Of a DNA stretch of 64,000 bases, positions 1 to 11,845 are shown in pieces. The position numbers and the translations under genes were made by a program. The notes beneath the pieces were generated by a model that saw only the letters and a list, made by a program, of their open reading frames with translations, searched no databases and was not told the DNA's origin. Positions within the stretch are counted from its first letter, which is position 1; each line of letters starts with the position of its first letter. Source of the DNA: Octopus vulgaris (Eukaryota); the NCBI GenBank assembly GCA_951406725.2, contig OX597838.1:20646001-20710000 (forward strand), in the 5' to 3' direction.

Positions 1-474
1 GATCCTCAACCGAACGACCATAACACATTGACCCATTGTAACGCGGTTTGCATTAGACAAAACACATTGCTAAAATTGCCAAGAGCTGAATACACGTCAT
101 TCATTGGTTGAAATTACCGAAATATGACAACTTTGACGTGAAATAACTTCCTAAATATAAGCTTTTCTCAAAAACGCTAAGAGTAAAAGATGTTTTATAT
201 GACACATTCTACCAGTGTCCGAAGTTTGAAAGTGTTTAGTTACAAAAAATTATTTTTTAAATCTGTCGGTCAAAAGGTAAAGATCCCTGAGTTCCAGTAC
301 TGATGTGACAAATGGAACAACACCTTGGGCGCTGTGTGGCTTCCCAAGGGAACTATTTTGAAGGAAACAGGGTTTATTTTTTGTTTAATTATAAATAAAA
401 GTGCTTACTGAAAAAGTCCCCATTATTTTATTTACAGACTTCGTAGACTGGTAAAACATCAGTTTTCCGGACGC

Positions 475-716
475 TACTCTTTTGTTTGTTTCAGCCATTT
501 GACTGCGGCCATGCTGGAGCACCGCCTTTAGTCGAGCAAATCGACCCCAGGACCTATTCTTTGTAAGCCTAGTACTTTTTCTATCGGTCTCTTTTGCTGA
601 ACCGCTAAGTTACGGGGACGTAAACACACCAGCATCGTTTGTCAAGCGATGTTGGGGGGGGGGGTGAACACAGACACACAAATACACACGCACACACACA
701 CACACACACACACGCA

Positions 717-773
<57 letters not shown>

Positions 774-949
774 CACATACATATATACGACGGGCTTCTT
801 TCAGTTTCCGCCTACCAAATCCACTCACAAAGCTTTGGTCGGCCGAGGCTATAGTAGAAGGCACTTGCCCAAGGTGCCATGCAGTGGGACTGAACCCGGA
901 ACCATGTGGTTGGTAAGCAAGCTACTTACCACACAGCCACTCCTGTGCC
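475..949 (-). mobile_element. tRNA-derived SINE, family A (internal TA/TG microsatellite)
   Basis: Head GGAGTGGCTGTGTGGTAAG...GGTTCAGTCCC (A/B-box-like) and 3' end ...GGCCGCAGTCAAATGGCTGAAAC. Many copies occur in the window, at about 8470-8830, 9718-10098, 14225-14595, 17190-17530, 33835-34275, 36021-36419, 37691-38093, 58825-59108 and 62565-62930. Confidence 0.85.
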
Positions 950-1319
950 TGGAAACTTTTGTAATCTGTATTAATGTAAAGGCAGGAGGTTCAAATCTCG
1001 TGGCCGCCAGACTAGTTTACTGGGACCTTGTTCAATATCTTTGATTTTTTAAAAAATCTTTTACTCATTCAGTCTTTAGACTGCGGCCATGCTGGGGCAC
1101 CACCTTGAAGAGTTTTTAGTCGAATGAATCGACCCCGGTTCTTTCTTTAAGTCAGGTATTTATTCTATTGGTCTCCCTTTTGCCGAACCGCTAATTCACG
1201 GGGACGTAAACATACCAAAACCGATCGTCGAGCGGTGGGACGCGGGTAGGGGACAAACCGGCATGAACACACACATAACGTGTGTGTACCGTGTGTACGT
1301 GTGTGTGTGCGTGTAGAAG

Positions 1320-1580
1320 ACGGATGGCTCAGTGGTTAGAGCGTAGGGTTCACAATCTTGGGGTAACGAGTTCGATTCCCGGACTGGGCTGTGTGCTGTG
1401 TTCTTGAGCAAGACACTTTATTTCATTTTGCTCCAGTTCACTCTGCTGTAGAAATGAGTTGCAGCATCACTGGTGCCAAGGTGTGTCGGCCCCTTTGCCT
1501 TTCCCTTGAATAACATCAGTAGCGTGGAGAGAGGAAGCTGGTATGCATGGGTGACTGCGGGTCTTCCATAAACAACCTTT
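1320..1580 (+). mobile_element. tRNA-headed SINE (different family, CORE-like centre)
   Basis: TGGCTCAGTGG A box and GAGTTCGATTCC B box followed by a tgtgttcttgagcaagacacttta core. Relatives lie at about 9480-9650, 18290-18625, 41700-41930, 48115-48450 and 56705-57010. Confidence 0.75.
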
Positions 1581-1699
1581 ACCCTTTGTGTCAGTGAGGA
1601 CGGGTTATCTCCCCTAGACCAGCTATTTGTGGGCTGGAAGAGAGTGGAACAAGGGATTTAGCCACAAAGAGGGAGGGGGTGTACTGTAATTTACATCTA

Positions 1700-2215
1700 C
1701 CATAAATCCCCGAGTATAATCAGCATTTCCCCCACAAAAATTAAAGGCCAAAATCCCTAGTGCGTACTATATACAAGGTTAAAAATGAAAGAATTTTTTC
1801 TAAGCAATGTCCGAGTCTCTATTTGCTGTCCGGCAATGTTTATTCAGACGCATTTTCTGATGTCGGGCGCGAAAATACCTTAAACTAAGCCTGAAAGTAA
1901 TGAAGTCATAAAAGAATCATCCATAACTTGCAATAAGCAACATTTATTAAACGTTATTACTGTTATTTCTTTATTTTCTGCAAACAAAATGCACAAAAAA
2001 GCTACACGTTTGCATTATGTTATATATACAATAATAATAATAAAGGACGTTACCGTATACATTTTTACAAACCAGGGACGTTATATAGACCTCCTTGACT
2101 CAAGTTAGAGAAGGGGTGCATATTATACACAAGGTTTAGGTTTTTCAGAGGTACAGCACCCTAAAAGTTCCCTGCGTATTATACTCAAGGGCGGACTATA
2201 CTCGAGGATTTACGG
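1700..2215. mobile_element. Non-autonomous Tc1/mariner-pogo-type element (MITE)
   Basis: Imperfect TIRs CCATAAATCCCCGAGTATAATC and GACTATACTCGAGGATTTACGG, each flanked by TA, with no transposase ORF. Confidence 0.75.
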
Positions 2216-2896
2216 TAAATGAAAAATTTTCAGAATTCGATAAATTATAATATTTATGATATTTTTGCATATTCAAGGCGTTTGTGGAGGCAAAAGATGA
2301 AGTCACAGAAAGAAACAGATTGAAGTCGTATTTTAGGGAAATTTCAGCACAGTCAATTAAAAGCAACTTGAAGAAGATGTAATGGAATCTGTATTTTATT
2401 GCTAATAAATAAGAAGTGTTTTTTCTCTCCACTTTTTCTTATTTTCATTGCGTTTGTGGAGACAGAAGATATTGTTGCATAGTTCTAAGATTTTAAACCA
2501 GTTATTTTGATGTCCATTCACAACTTTCCACACTACCCCTATCACAAAATCGAAAATCGCAAAAAAATGCTCCACTCTAATATATATATATCATCATCAT
2601 CATCATTTAACGTCCGCTTACCATGCTAGCATGGGTTGGACGATATGACTGAAGACTCGTGAACCAGATGGCTGCACTAAGCTCCAATCTGATCTGGCTG
2701 AGTTTCTACAGCTGGATGCCCTTCCTAATGCCAACTACTCTGAGGGTGTAGTGGGTGCTTTTTACGTGCCACTGGCACGGAGGCCAGCTAGGCGGTACTG
2801 GCAATGACCTCGCTCGAATCTTTTTACACAAGCCACTGGCACAGGTGCCAGTAAGGCGACGCTGGTAACGATCACGTTCGAATGGTGCATACATAC

Positions 2897-2935
<39 letters not shown>

Positions 2936-2967
2936 AAATAAGAAAATGGAGAAATACATCTAAATAT

Positions 2968-4402
2968 CATCATCATCATCATCATCATCATTTAGCGTCC
3001 ATTTGCCATGCTAGCATGGGTTGGACGGTTTAACTGGGGTCTGTGAAGCCGGAAGGCTTCATCAGGCCCAGTCAGATTTGGCAGTGTTTCTACGGCTGGA
3101 TGCCCTTCCTAACGCCAACCACTCCGTGAGTGTAGTGGGTGCTTTTTACGTGCCACCTGCACAGGTGCCAGACAGAGCTGGCAAACGGCCACGAACGGAT
3201 GGTGTTTTTACATGCCACCGGCACGGGGGCCAGGCGAGGCTGGCAATGGACACGAATGGATGGTGTTTCTACGTGCTACCGGCACGGGGGCCAGACGAGG
3301 CTGGCAACGGACACGAGCGGATGGTGCTTTTATGTGCCAACGGACATGAGCGGATGGTGCTTTTATGTGCCAATAGTACGGGGGCCAGGCGAGGCTGGCA
3401 ACGGACACGAACGGATGGTGCTTTTACGTGCTACCAGCACGGGGGCCAGGCGAGGCTGGCAACGGACACGAGCGGATGGTGCTTTTACGTGCCAACGGCA
3501 CGGGGGCCAAGCGAGGCTGGCAACGGACATGAGCGGATGGTGCTTTTACGTGCCAATGGCACGGGGGCCAGGCGAGGCTGGCAACGGACAAACGATCGGA
3601 TGGTTCGCTTAACCATAGCTGCAATTTCCACTGATGTTGATTTGGTTTGATTTTGACTGTTCTCACTGGTCTTGCCGGGTCTTCTCACGCACAGCATACT
3701 TCCATAGGTCTCGGTCTCTAGTCATTTCCTTCGTGAGACCTAAAGTTCGAAGGTCGTGCTTCACCACCTTGTCCCAGGTTTTCCTGGGTCTACCTCTTCC
3801 ACAGGTTCCCTCAACTGCTAGAGTGTGGCACTTTTGCACACAACTATCTTCACCCATTCTCATCACATGCCCATACCAGCGCAGACGTCTCTCTTGCACA
3901 CCACAACTGATGCTTCTTAGGTCCAACTTTTCTCTCAAGGTACTTACACTCTGTCGATTATGAACACTGACATTACACATCCATCGGAGCATACTGGCTT
4001 CATTTCTTGCGAGCTTACACATATCCTCAGCAGTCACAGCTCATGTTTCACTACCATGTAGCATGGCTGTATGTACACATGCATCATACAGTCTGCCTTT
4101 TACTCTGAGCGAGAGGCCTTTTGTCACCAGGGGTAAGAGCTCTCTAAACTTAGCCCAGGCTATTCTTACTCTAGCAGTTACACTTTTAGCACACCCACCA
4201 CCGCTACTGACTTGGTCACCTAGGTAACGGAAGCTATCAACTACTTCTAGTTTTTCTCCCTGGAACGTGGTAGACGTTGGTCTCTGCACATTTTCAGTGT
4301 TTATTGCTCTTGAGCATCTGCCACAGACAAAAACTATTTTCCTAGTTAGCCTTCCTTTGACATTGCTACATCTCTTATGTGTCCATAGCTTGCACTTGGT
4401 GC

Positions 4403-4406
<4 letters not shown>
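2968..4406 (-). mobile_element. 5'-truncated, decayed RTE-clade LINE (RT C-terminal region, 3' UTR, (GAT)n tail)
   Basis: ORFs 4041-4571 and 3663-4037 contain EVVDSFRYLG...ARVRIAWAKF...MLHGSET* and MLRWMC...RRLRWYGHVMR...GRGRPRKTW, which are typical RTE C-terminal motifs. There is an in-frame stop where Trp is expected. The UTR carries ~60-bp tandem repeats (3130-3600), and the element is cut at (TA)n. Confidence 0.9.
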
Positions 4407-4447
<41 letters not shown>

Positions 4448-4569
4448 GCAAAGTCACTTTGATCTGCGAAAGAGAGGTGCAGCCAATGGTAAGTATCCAA
4501 GAGGTAAAGAAAATCCAAGGTAGAGGTAAGTGTTGATAGTGGTATTGGTAGAATATAGGATGTTGATTC

Positions 4570-4761
4570 ATTAGTTACTGCACGCATTTTTTTTCTCTCC
4601 TTCTTTCTGTGTTTTTTTTCTCTCTGTGTATCTTTCTGTTGAAGAGCGTAGGCTCGAAACGTTAAAGACTTGTTTTATTTATATTTCCTGAGCGCCATAC
4701 TAATACAATTGTTTGTTTGTTTCCCACCTGCCTTCGTCTTTTGTCTATTTTCATAAAGCTT

Positions 4762-4765
<4 letters not shown>
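4570..4765 (+). mobile_element. Short TA-associated repeat carrying a minimal hammerhead-like motif (Penelope-related, inferred)
   Basis: TCTTT-CTGTTGA-A-GAGC GTAG GCTC-GAAAC-GTT-AAAGA at 4631-4668, abutting (TA)n. Homologous copies lie at about 18980-19148 and 30340-30540. Confidence 0.6.
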
Positions 4766-4815
<50 letters not shown>

Positions 4816-4980
4816 AGATAGGGGTTGTAAATTCAACCTCCATGGGATAACATATATCCAATATACTGCTAGAGAAGTACCCAACAAAGCTAATACATAA
4901 ATGTTAAGAATTGCAATGCAATTAATTCATTTACTGTATTATGTGGGCAAAGGTAAAATTATTTTTACCATAAATTAATA

Positions 4981-6237
4981 ATACAAAATAAGAAAATGGA
5001 GAAATATATCTAAATCATTCATCAACTATCAGATAATACCGAATCATATACTTTATTAAAACACCACACAAGAGCATTAAGATTAGACATTAATACAGTA
5101 CAATAATTACAATCAATATAATGAGATATAACTAAATAAATATAACAAGATATAAAAATACATAAGTATTATTAGTAATGATGTTGTTAGTAGTAAGATA
5201 TTGATATTGATAACATTATTGTTATTGATAACGGTATTGGTATTAGCATTATTGATTTTTTGTAAAGTAACACAAATTAATATAATGAACTGTTTACTAT
5301 ATATGTCTGCATTAAGTATGAATATATCTGTTGTAATTTCTTAATATTAGTTGAGGAACTGTAACATTCAATATAGAACATTATTATGTTTATTGATATA
5401 TATTATTTATATTATTATGTATATGTATATGTGTATATATATAAGGATATGAGTATATATGCACTCATATATATATTTATCATGGCCGTAGCCAGTACCG
5501 CATCGACTGGCCTCCGTGCTGTGGGCACGTAACAAACACCATCCGATCGTGGCCGTTCGCCAGCCTCGTCTGGCACCTGTGTCGGTGGCACATAAAAAAC
5601 ACCATCCGAGCGTGGTCGTCTGCCAGCCTCGTCTGGCACCTGTGTTGGTGGCACGTAAAAAACACCATCCGAGCGTGGCTGTTTGCCAGCCTCGTCTGGC
5701 ACCTGTGTCGGTGACACATAAAATCACCCACTACACTCTTGGAGTGGTTGGCGTTAGGAAGGGCATCCAGCTGTAGAAACACTGCCAGATCTGACTGGCT
5801 TGGTGCAGCCTTCGGGCTCCCCAGACCCCAGTTGAACCGTCCAACCCATGCTAGCATGGAAAGCGGACGTTAAACGATGATGATGATGATGATGATGTAA
5901 ATGATTTTTGGGTATGTACTCATACTTACATTAGAATCTCCGAAGAGGCCATAATATATTTTTGTTAATGTCTCATTTATACCTGCAATATATGGCTAAT
6001 ATAGGTTAAATGAGACATACCTATCTGCATGGCCGAAACAGCTGTCAGTTATAATGTATATGTATTTTTATATCTTGTTATATTTATTTAGTTATATCTC
6101 ATTATATTGATTGTAATTATTGTACTGTATTAATGTCTAATCTTAATGCTCTTGTGTAGTGTTTTAATAAAGTATATGATTCGGTATTATCTGATAGTTG
6201 ATGAATGATTTAGATATATTTCTCCATTTTCTTATTT

Positions 6238-6243
<6 letters not shown>
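4981..6243. repeat. ~180-bp inverted repeat pair (4981-5162 / 6061-6243), Penelope-like remnant
   Basis: The arms are near-perfect reverse complements. A CCGAAGA-GGCC...GGCC-GAAAC-AGCT-GTC motif lies at 5940-6047, and a third stub of the arm end lies at 2931-2965. Confidence 0.75.
5480..5896 (+). mobile_element. RTE 3'-UTR fragment with (GAT)n tail
   Basis: Same UTR as 2968-3660 in the opposite orientation. Further copies lie at about 2592-2890, 8975-9305, 32630-32940, 37315-37675, 45300-45733, 51460-51657, 53990-54420 and 57720-58037. Confidence 0.85.
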
Positions 6244-6279
<36 letters not shown>

Positions 6280-7851
6280 TATAGATATGAGCTTCCTTCA
6301 GTTTCTGTCTCCAAATCCACTCACAAGGCTTTGGTCAGCTTGAGACTATAGCAGAAGACACTTGCCCAAGGTGTCAGGATGTAGGACTGAACCCAGAACC
6401 ATGTGGTTGGGAAACAAGCTTGTTACCACACAGCCACAATCATTTAAACTAATGTACAGGTACCTGTATTTCATTTATTTATTTAATTAAATTTAGTATT
6501 AGTGATTTGTTAACAATGCTTGTTTCAAGCAGTAAATGCTGCAAATTTGTTTCATATTTCTTTATTGCCCTCCAGGGGCCAAACACTGAGGGGACAAACA
6601 AGGACAGACAAACGGATTAAGTCGATTACATCAACCCCAGTGCATAACTTGTACTTAATTTATCGACCCCAAAAGGATGAAAGGCAAAGTCGACTTTGAC
6701 GGAATTTGAACTCAGAACGTAATGGTAGATGAAATACTGCTAAACATTTCACTCTGCATGCTAACGTTTCTGCCCTTCCTAATGCCAACCACTCTGGATA
6801 ACAAATCAAGACGTGGAGTCCTTCAGTCAGTCTGGTGCCCTCTTTTATACCATTTAGCAACTCCAGGATAGGTGGAACTCACCAGCCCTCTGAAACAATT
6901 CACTTAAGAGAAAAAGCCACCCCAATGTAAAACCTACAGCCTGCTGGTCACTGCAGTCATCACAGCCCATTGAGTCACTGTAGTCAGACATGGAAGTCTA
7001 AAGAGTAGGATCAGATTAAGCAGACTGGCACCGCTTTTAAAACTACTAAATGCAGGCAAGAAGAAAAGTCCTGCAGCACAATGGAGCAATTTACATAACC
7101 ACTTGAAAACAAGCCATTCTTTCCCATGAATACATATATGTATATATACATTGCGGCGTTACGTGCATCCTCCCGTTTGTTTGTCCAATTTTAAACCCTG
7201 CACGACTTCTATACACACTGTCTTTCCTACCCGCCATTGCTTCTTCACCAAACTATTTTGGCACCCTCCGATTCTTCCCCCCATCCTCCTCCCCTCTTCC
7301 TCCCATCCTCCTTAATCCCTTCTTTCTCCTTTTCTCTTGGTCACTGATTCTGTCCCCTGCCTTCCACCCTCTTTGATTCCCTCTCTCTCTGTCTCTCTTT
7401 CTCTCTCTCTCCTGCAACCTGCTGCTTCTTAACCATTCTGTTGGCCATCGTATCTCGACCAACATGTGTCCCCGCTACCGAAACGGTAATTATTTCTACG
7501 CCAGCTGCTATGTTGTTGTTGTTTTTGTCTCATTTGGTCTAAAGTCGTATGACAACCACCGTTATATATATTTTGTTTATTCATTACTGTTTTCAATTTC
7601 GTTTTCGTCTCTTGTATTTACATCCGTCTTGTGCGTTCACATTCCTGTCTTCTACCAAGAAATCTAATGCTTACAGCTTAGTTTTTTTTCCTTGGGGCTG
7701 GCCGAGTTGGAGCAAATATCAGAATTGAACAGCCGAAATTTGCTATGATGATTCAGTGTCTGACTGAAGATTGAAGGCTTCGAATGATTTGTCTGTGTTC
7801 CGTGTTCGTCCCTTCCTGTATTTCACGTTCATTATATATAAAAACATTTAT

Positions 7852-8069
7852 TCTTATATGTATATATAACTGTTCGTCAGTGTTAGATGAGGAATTCCTT
7901 GGATGGTCTGGTCTTATCCGGTTTGTTGTGTTGTTATTGCAATATTCTGTGGCTGTTTTGGATTGTAGTAGATAACTGTGGTGGTTAATCTATTATATTA
8001 TCGTCGTGTAAGTTGAATGAAAGGAAAAACTTGCTAGTTTGTCAGTAAGTATTGAGCAAAGTGTTGAGG
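7852..8069. repeat. Left arm of an inverted duplication (partner 10954-11185)
   Basis: aactgttcgtcagtgttagatgaggaattccttggatggtctggtc...cttgctagtttgtcagta...aaagtgttgagg is the reverse complement of 10954-11185, with scattered substitutions and indels. Confidence 0.9.
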
Positions 8070-10477
8070 GTAGTTTTACAAGGAAGTGTTAATAGTGAAA
8101 CATCTTTGCTGGAAGAACAGTTGAACTTATTCATCAATATTCAACTAAAGTACATTTAATTTTATAAAAGTTTCATTGTAATGACAGGTATGATATCTGT
8201 ACTATAAGTTTAATCAATATAATTTTACATTATACCAATAATGTGTTTTTTTTTATTCCTATTGACTTAACAGTGCAATCTTTTAAGTGCTTGACACAGT
8301 TTTGTATTGAGGAAACTTCTGAGCTGCACTTTTCTAAGAATTCCATGTTAATAGCAAGTGTTTATTGTTTGACCCTGTATCATTTTGTTGTGTATCAAAC
8401 ACAAAAGATGGGAAAATATTCACATGCTAGCTTGAGTTGTAGTCTTTTCCATCTGTCATTTTCTGACTCTCTTTTACTCTTTTACTTGTCTCAGTCATTT
8501 GACTGTGGCCATGCTGGAGTACCACCTTTAGTCGAGTAAATCAACCCCAGGACTTATTCTTTGTAAACCTAGTACATATTCTATTTGTCTCTTTTGCCAA
8601 ACCGCTAAGTTACACGGACGGTTGTCAAGCGATGTTGGAGGGACAAACACAGACACACACATATATATATACACATATATATGACGGGCTTCTTTCAGTT
8701 TCCATCTACCAAATCCACTCACAAGGCTTTGGTCAGCCTGAGGCTATAGTAGAAGACACTTGTCCAAGGTACCATGCAGTGGGACTGAACCTGGAGCCAT
8801 GTGGTTCATAAGCAAGCTACTCCTATGCCTATATGTAAAGAAAACGTTGTTGTAGGAATGTACGCAGCACGTGTACTACAGCAATACTATGCGTAACTTA
8901 AATACCGAGATTGAAAGGCAGGGGCAAATTGTGCCTACTTAATCTACAAAAAAATAAAATATTTTGTATTTTCATCATCATCATGATGATGATCATCATC
9001 ATCATCATTTAGCGTCCGCTTTCCATGCTAGCATGGGTTGGACGGTTCAAACTGGGGTCTGGGAAGCCAGAAGGCTGCATCAGGCCCAGTCTGATCTGGC
9101 AGTGTTTCTATGGCTGGATGCCCTTCCTAACGCCAACCACTCCGTGAGTGTAGTGGGTGCTTTTTACGTGCCACCCGTACAGATGCCAGACGGGGCTGGC
9201 AAACGGCCACAGTCGGATGGTGCTTTTTACGTGCCACCGGCATGGGGGCCAAGCGAGGCTGGCAACGGCCATGATCGGATGGTGCTTTTTACGTGCCACC
9301 GGCATTAATTAGAGTAACCTTCATAATTTTATTGAATTTGGTGCATATTTTGCCATAAAAGGAAAATGTTACTATAGATTTATTTTCTTCAAGGTAGGCC
9401 CTGCCTACCTTGCCTACCTAGGCAGCATGTCCCTGATTCAAATGTACAAGAAACGAAAAACATGTGATATGTGTGTGTGTAAATGTGGTTTAGTGGTTAG
9501 AGCATTTGGCTTGTGATCATAGAGTTGTGAGTTCGATTCCCAGCAGCACATCGTGTCCTTGAGCAAGACACTTTATTTCACGTTGCTCCAGTCCACTTAG
9601 CTAGCAAAAAATGAGTAGTTACTGCATTTCAAGGTGCCAGCCTTGTCATACTCTGAGTATTTCGTCTGTCTTTACATTCTGAGTTAAAATTCCGCCGAAT
9701 TTCTTGCTTAATTCTCGAGTGGCCGTGTGGTAAGTAGCTTGTTTACCAACCACATGATTCCGGGTTCAGTCCCACTGCGTGGCACCTTGGGCAAGTGTCT
9801 TTTATTATAGCCTCGGGCCGACCAAAGCCTTGTGAGTGGATTTGGTAGACGGAAACTGAAAGAAGCCCGTCGTATATATATGCGCGTGTGTGTTTGTGTG
9901 TCTGTGTTTGTTCCCTTAGCATTGCTTGACAACCGATGCTGGTGTGTTTATGTCCCCGTTACTTAGCGGTTCGGCAATAAGAGACCGATAGAATAAGTAC
10001 TGGGCTTACAAAAGAATAAGTCCCGGGGTCGAGTTGCTCGATTAAAGGTGGTGCTCCAGCATAGCCGCAGTCAAATGACTGAAACAAGTAAAAGAGTAAT
10101 GGACTACCTTTAACATATTGTCATGCCAGTAAATATGCTTAATGCGAGAAAAATATTAAAAAAAAAACATCAGGACATCTCAGAATGACAAAGAAATGAG
10201 GAAGGTATCAGGTGGTCGTGAGTTGTGCTAAAAGTAACAGTTAAATCGCACACAAGAAAACCTTTTTCAAATTCGCAAAAAATTACCGAAAATTCCACCA
10301 AAATAAAAATTAAGTTATAAGAAGATTATATGGGGGGGTGCTTAAATTAAAATTCTATAGCAGTGTTTGCTTAATCTTTATTAATCCACTTGGAAACCAT
10401 TTTTAACACCACAGTATGCAAATTAAACTGGTAAATTAACCAACTTCAAAAATAAGGTACTGTACAGAATATTGCAC

Positions 10478-10701
10478 GCAATATTGTAAAAGTATTTCCG
10501 GATTTCTGGAAGCCGGATAACGTGTTCGACTCGGCAATATTGTAAAGTATTTCCGGATTTCTGGAAGCCGGATAACGTGTTCGACTCGGCAATATTGTAA
10601 AGTATTTCCGGATTTCTGGAAGCCGGATAACGTGTTCGACTCGGCAATATTGTAAAGTATTTCCGGATTTCTGGAAGCCAGATAACGTGTTCGACTCGGC
10701 A
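10478..10701. repeat. Tandem array, 4 x 55 bp
   Basis: Unit GCAATATTGTAAAGTATTTCCGGATTTCTGGAAGCCGGATAACGTGTTCGACTCG starts at 10478, 10534, 10589 and 10644. The copies are near-identical with no spacers. Confidence 0.97.
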
Positions 10702-10769
10702 TTTCGCTTCGTACTTATTCAATTTCTTCCGAAATATAAAATCTCTTCTTACCCATAATTCCACTGCGA

Positions 10770-10890
10770 TGACGTCACATCCACGCTTTAATTTGATTTG
10801 TTGGGTTTTGTTTTTTTTACTTTTACTTGTTGGTTTTGTTTTTCTTTTATTATATTTGTTTGTTACATTACGTCACGTCACTTCCGCTCT
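10770..10890 (+). promoter_or_regulatory. Probable SSU72 core/proximal promoter: CRE palindrome and overlapping ETS-CRE element
   Basis: TGACGTCA at 10770-10777 and TTACGTCACGTCACTTCCG at 10868-10886 (CGGAAGTGACGT on the minus strand), in a CpG-retaining unique stretch about 1 kb upstream of the ATG. The TSS is not determined. Confidence 0.55.
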
Positions 10891-10953
10891 CCACTAAATA
10901 CGGATTTCATTTCAACATTCGTCCTTCTTAGTAATGGGGTACAAGGAATCATT

Positions 10954-11185
10954 CCTCAACACTTTACTGACAAACTAGCAAGTTTTTTTTCCTTTCATTC
11001 AACTCACACGACGACAATACAATAGATTAACCACCACAGTTCTCTACTGCAATCCAAAAACAGCCACAGAATATCGCAATAACAACACAAACAGCCCGGA
11101 CAAGACAAGACAAGACCAGACCATCCAAGGAATTCCTCATCTAACACCGACGAACAGTTATATATATATACATATATGTATAAGA
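10954..11185. repeat. Right arm of the inverted duplication, within the putative SSU72 5' leader
   Basis: Reverse complement of 7852-8069. Confidence 0.9.
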
Positions 11186-11845
11186 CTTTGGTATATATAT
11201 GTGTGATTGTATGTGTTGCTAGATAGATATATAAATATATATATAATTTATTTAGGTTGAAGACTATATTGAATTTGTAATTCTTAAAATTCCGTGTTTT
11301 TTTCCCATTCCCCCCACCCTTCCTCTTTAGTTTCTGTTCTTCTCCCCCCCTTCCTGTATATCCTGTTTATTCCTTTCAAAGTCACCAGGAAAACAAATCT
11401 ATGCATATGTTTATATATACATATATATATATATGTATATATACCACAACACTGTAAATAGTTGAAGTACAACACCGTATATATATAATTAAGCTACAAC
11501 ACCATACACACACATATCTAGATATTTATTTAAAACCTCAACACTATGAAAGTCACAGCCATATATTAAGGTCAACCCAGTATATTGACCCTACCCCCCG
11601 TACACTTAATTTTTGCTGTCAACACACCTATATAATCACACATATATTCAAGGAGTCATTTTTGTAAAGAGGCAAAATTTAAAATCAGTTGGAGCTTGCT
11701 TGGAAAGTTCTTTATCTTTTTTTTTTTTTTAAAGTTTGTTTTATTTTTCCACATTTATATATATATATATATATATATATCTACATATATATAGAGATAT
11801 ATATACATATATATACACTCAGACACAGAGGGAAAGAAAGCCAAG

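Noticed and set aside
1320-1390. tRNA-like sequences here and at about 28320, 40265, 41700 and 61484
   Set aside because: Each continues into a SINE body and lacks a clean cloverleaf, so these are SINE heads rather than tRNA genes.
2278-2382. Exon-like open stretch AFVEAKDEVTERNRLKSYF...
   Set aside because: It has weak splice signals and no recognisable homology or partner exons.
3021-3650. 209-aa ORF with repeated GNGHERMVLL
   Set aside because: It is the antisense reading of the RTE 3'-UTR tandem repeat, present in many decayed copies.
10423-10764. Repetitive ORFs and a CRISPR-like appearance
   Set aside because: These are contiguous 55-bp units with no unique spacers and no cas genes, in eukaryotic context.
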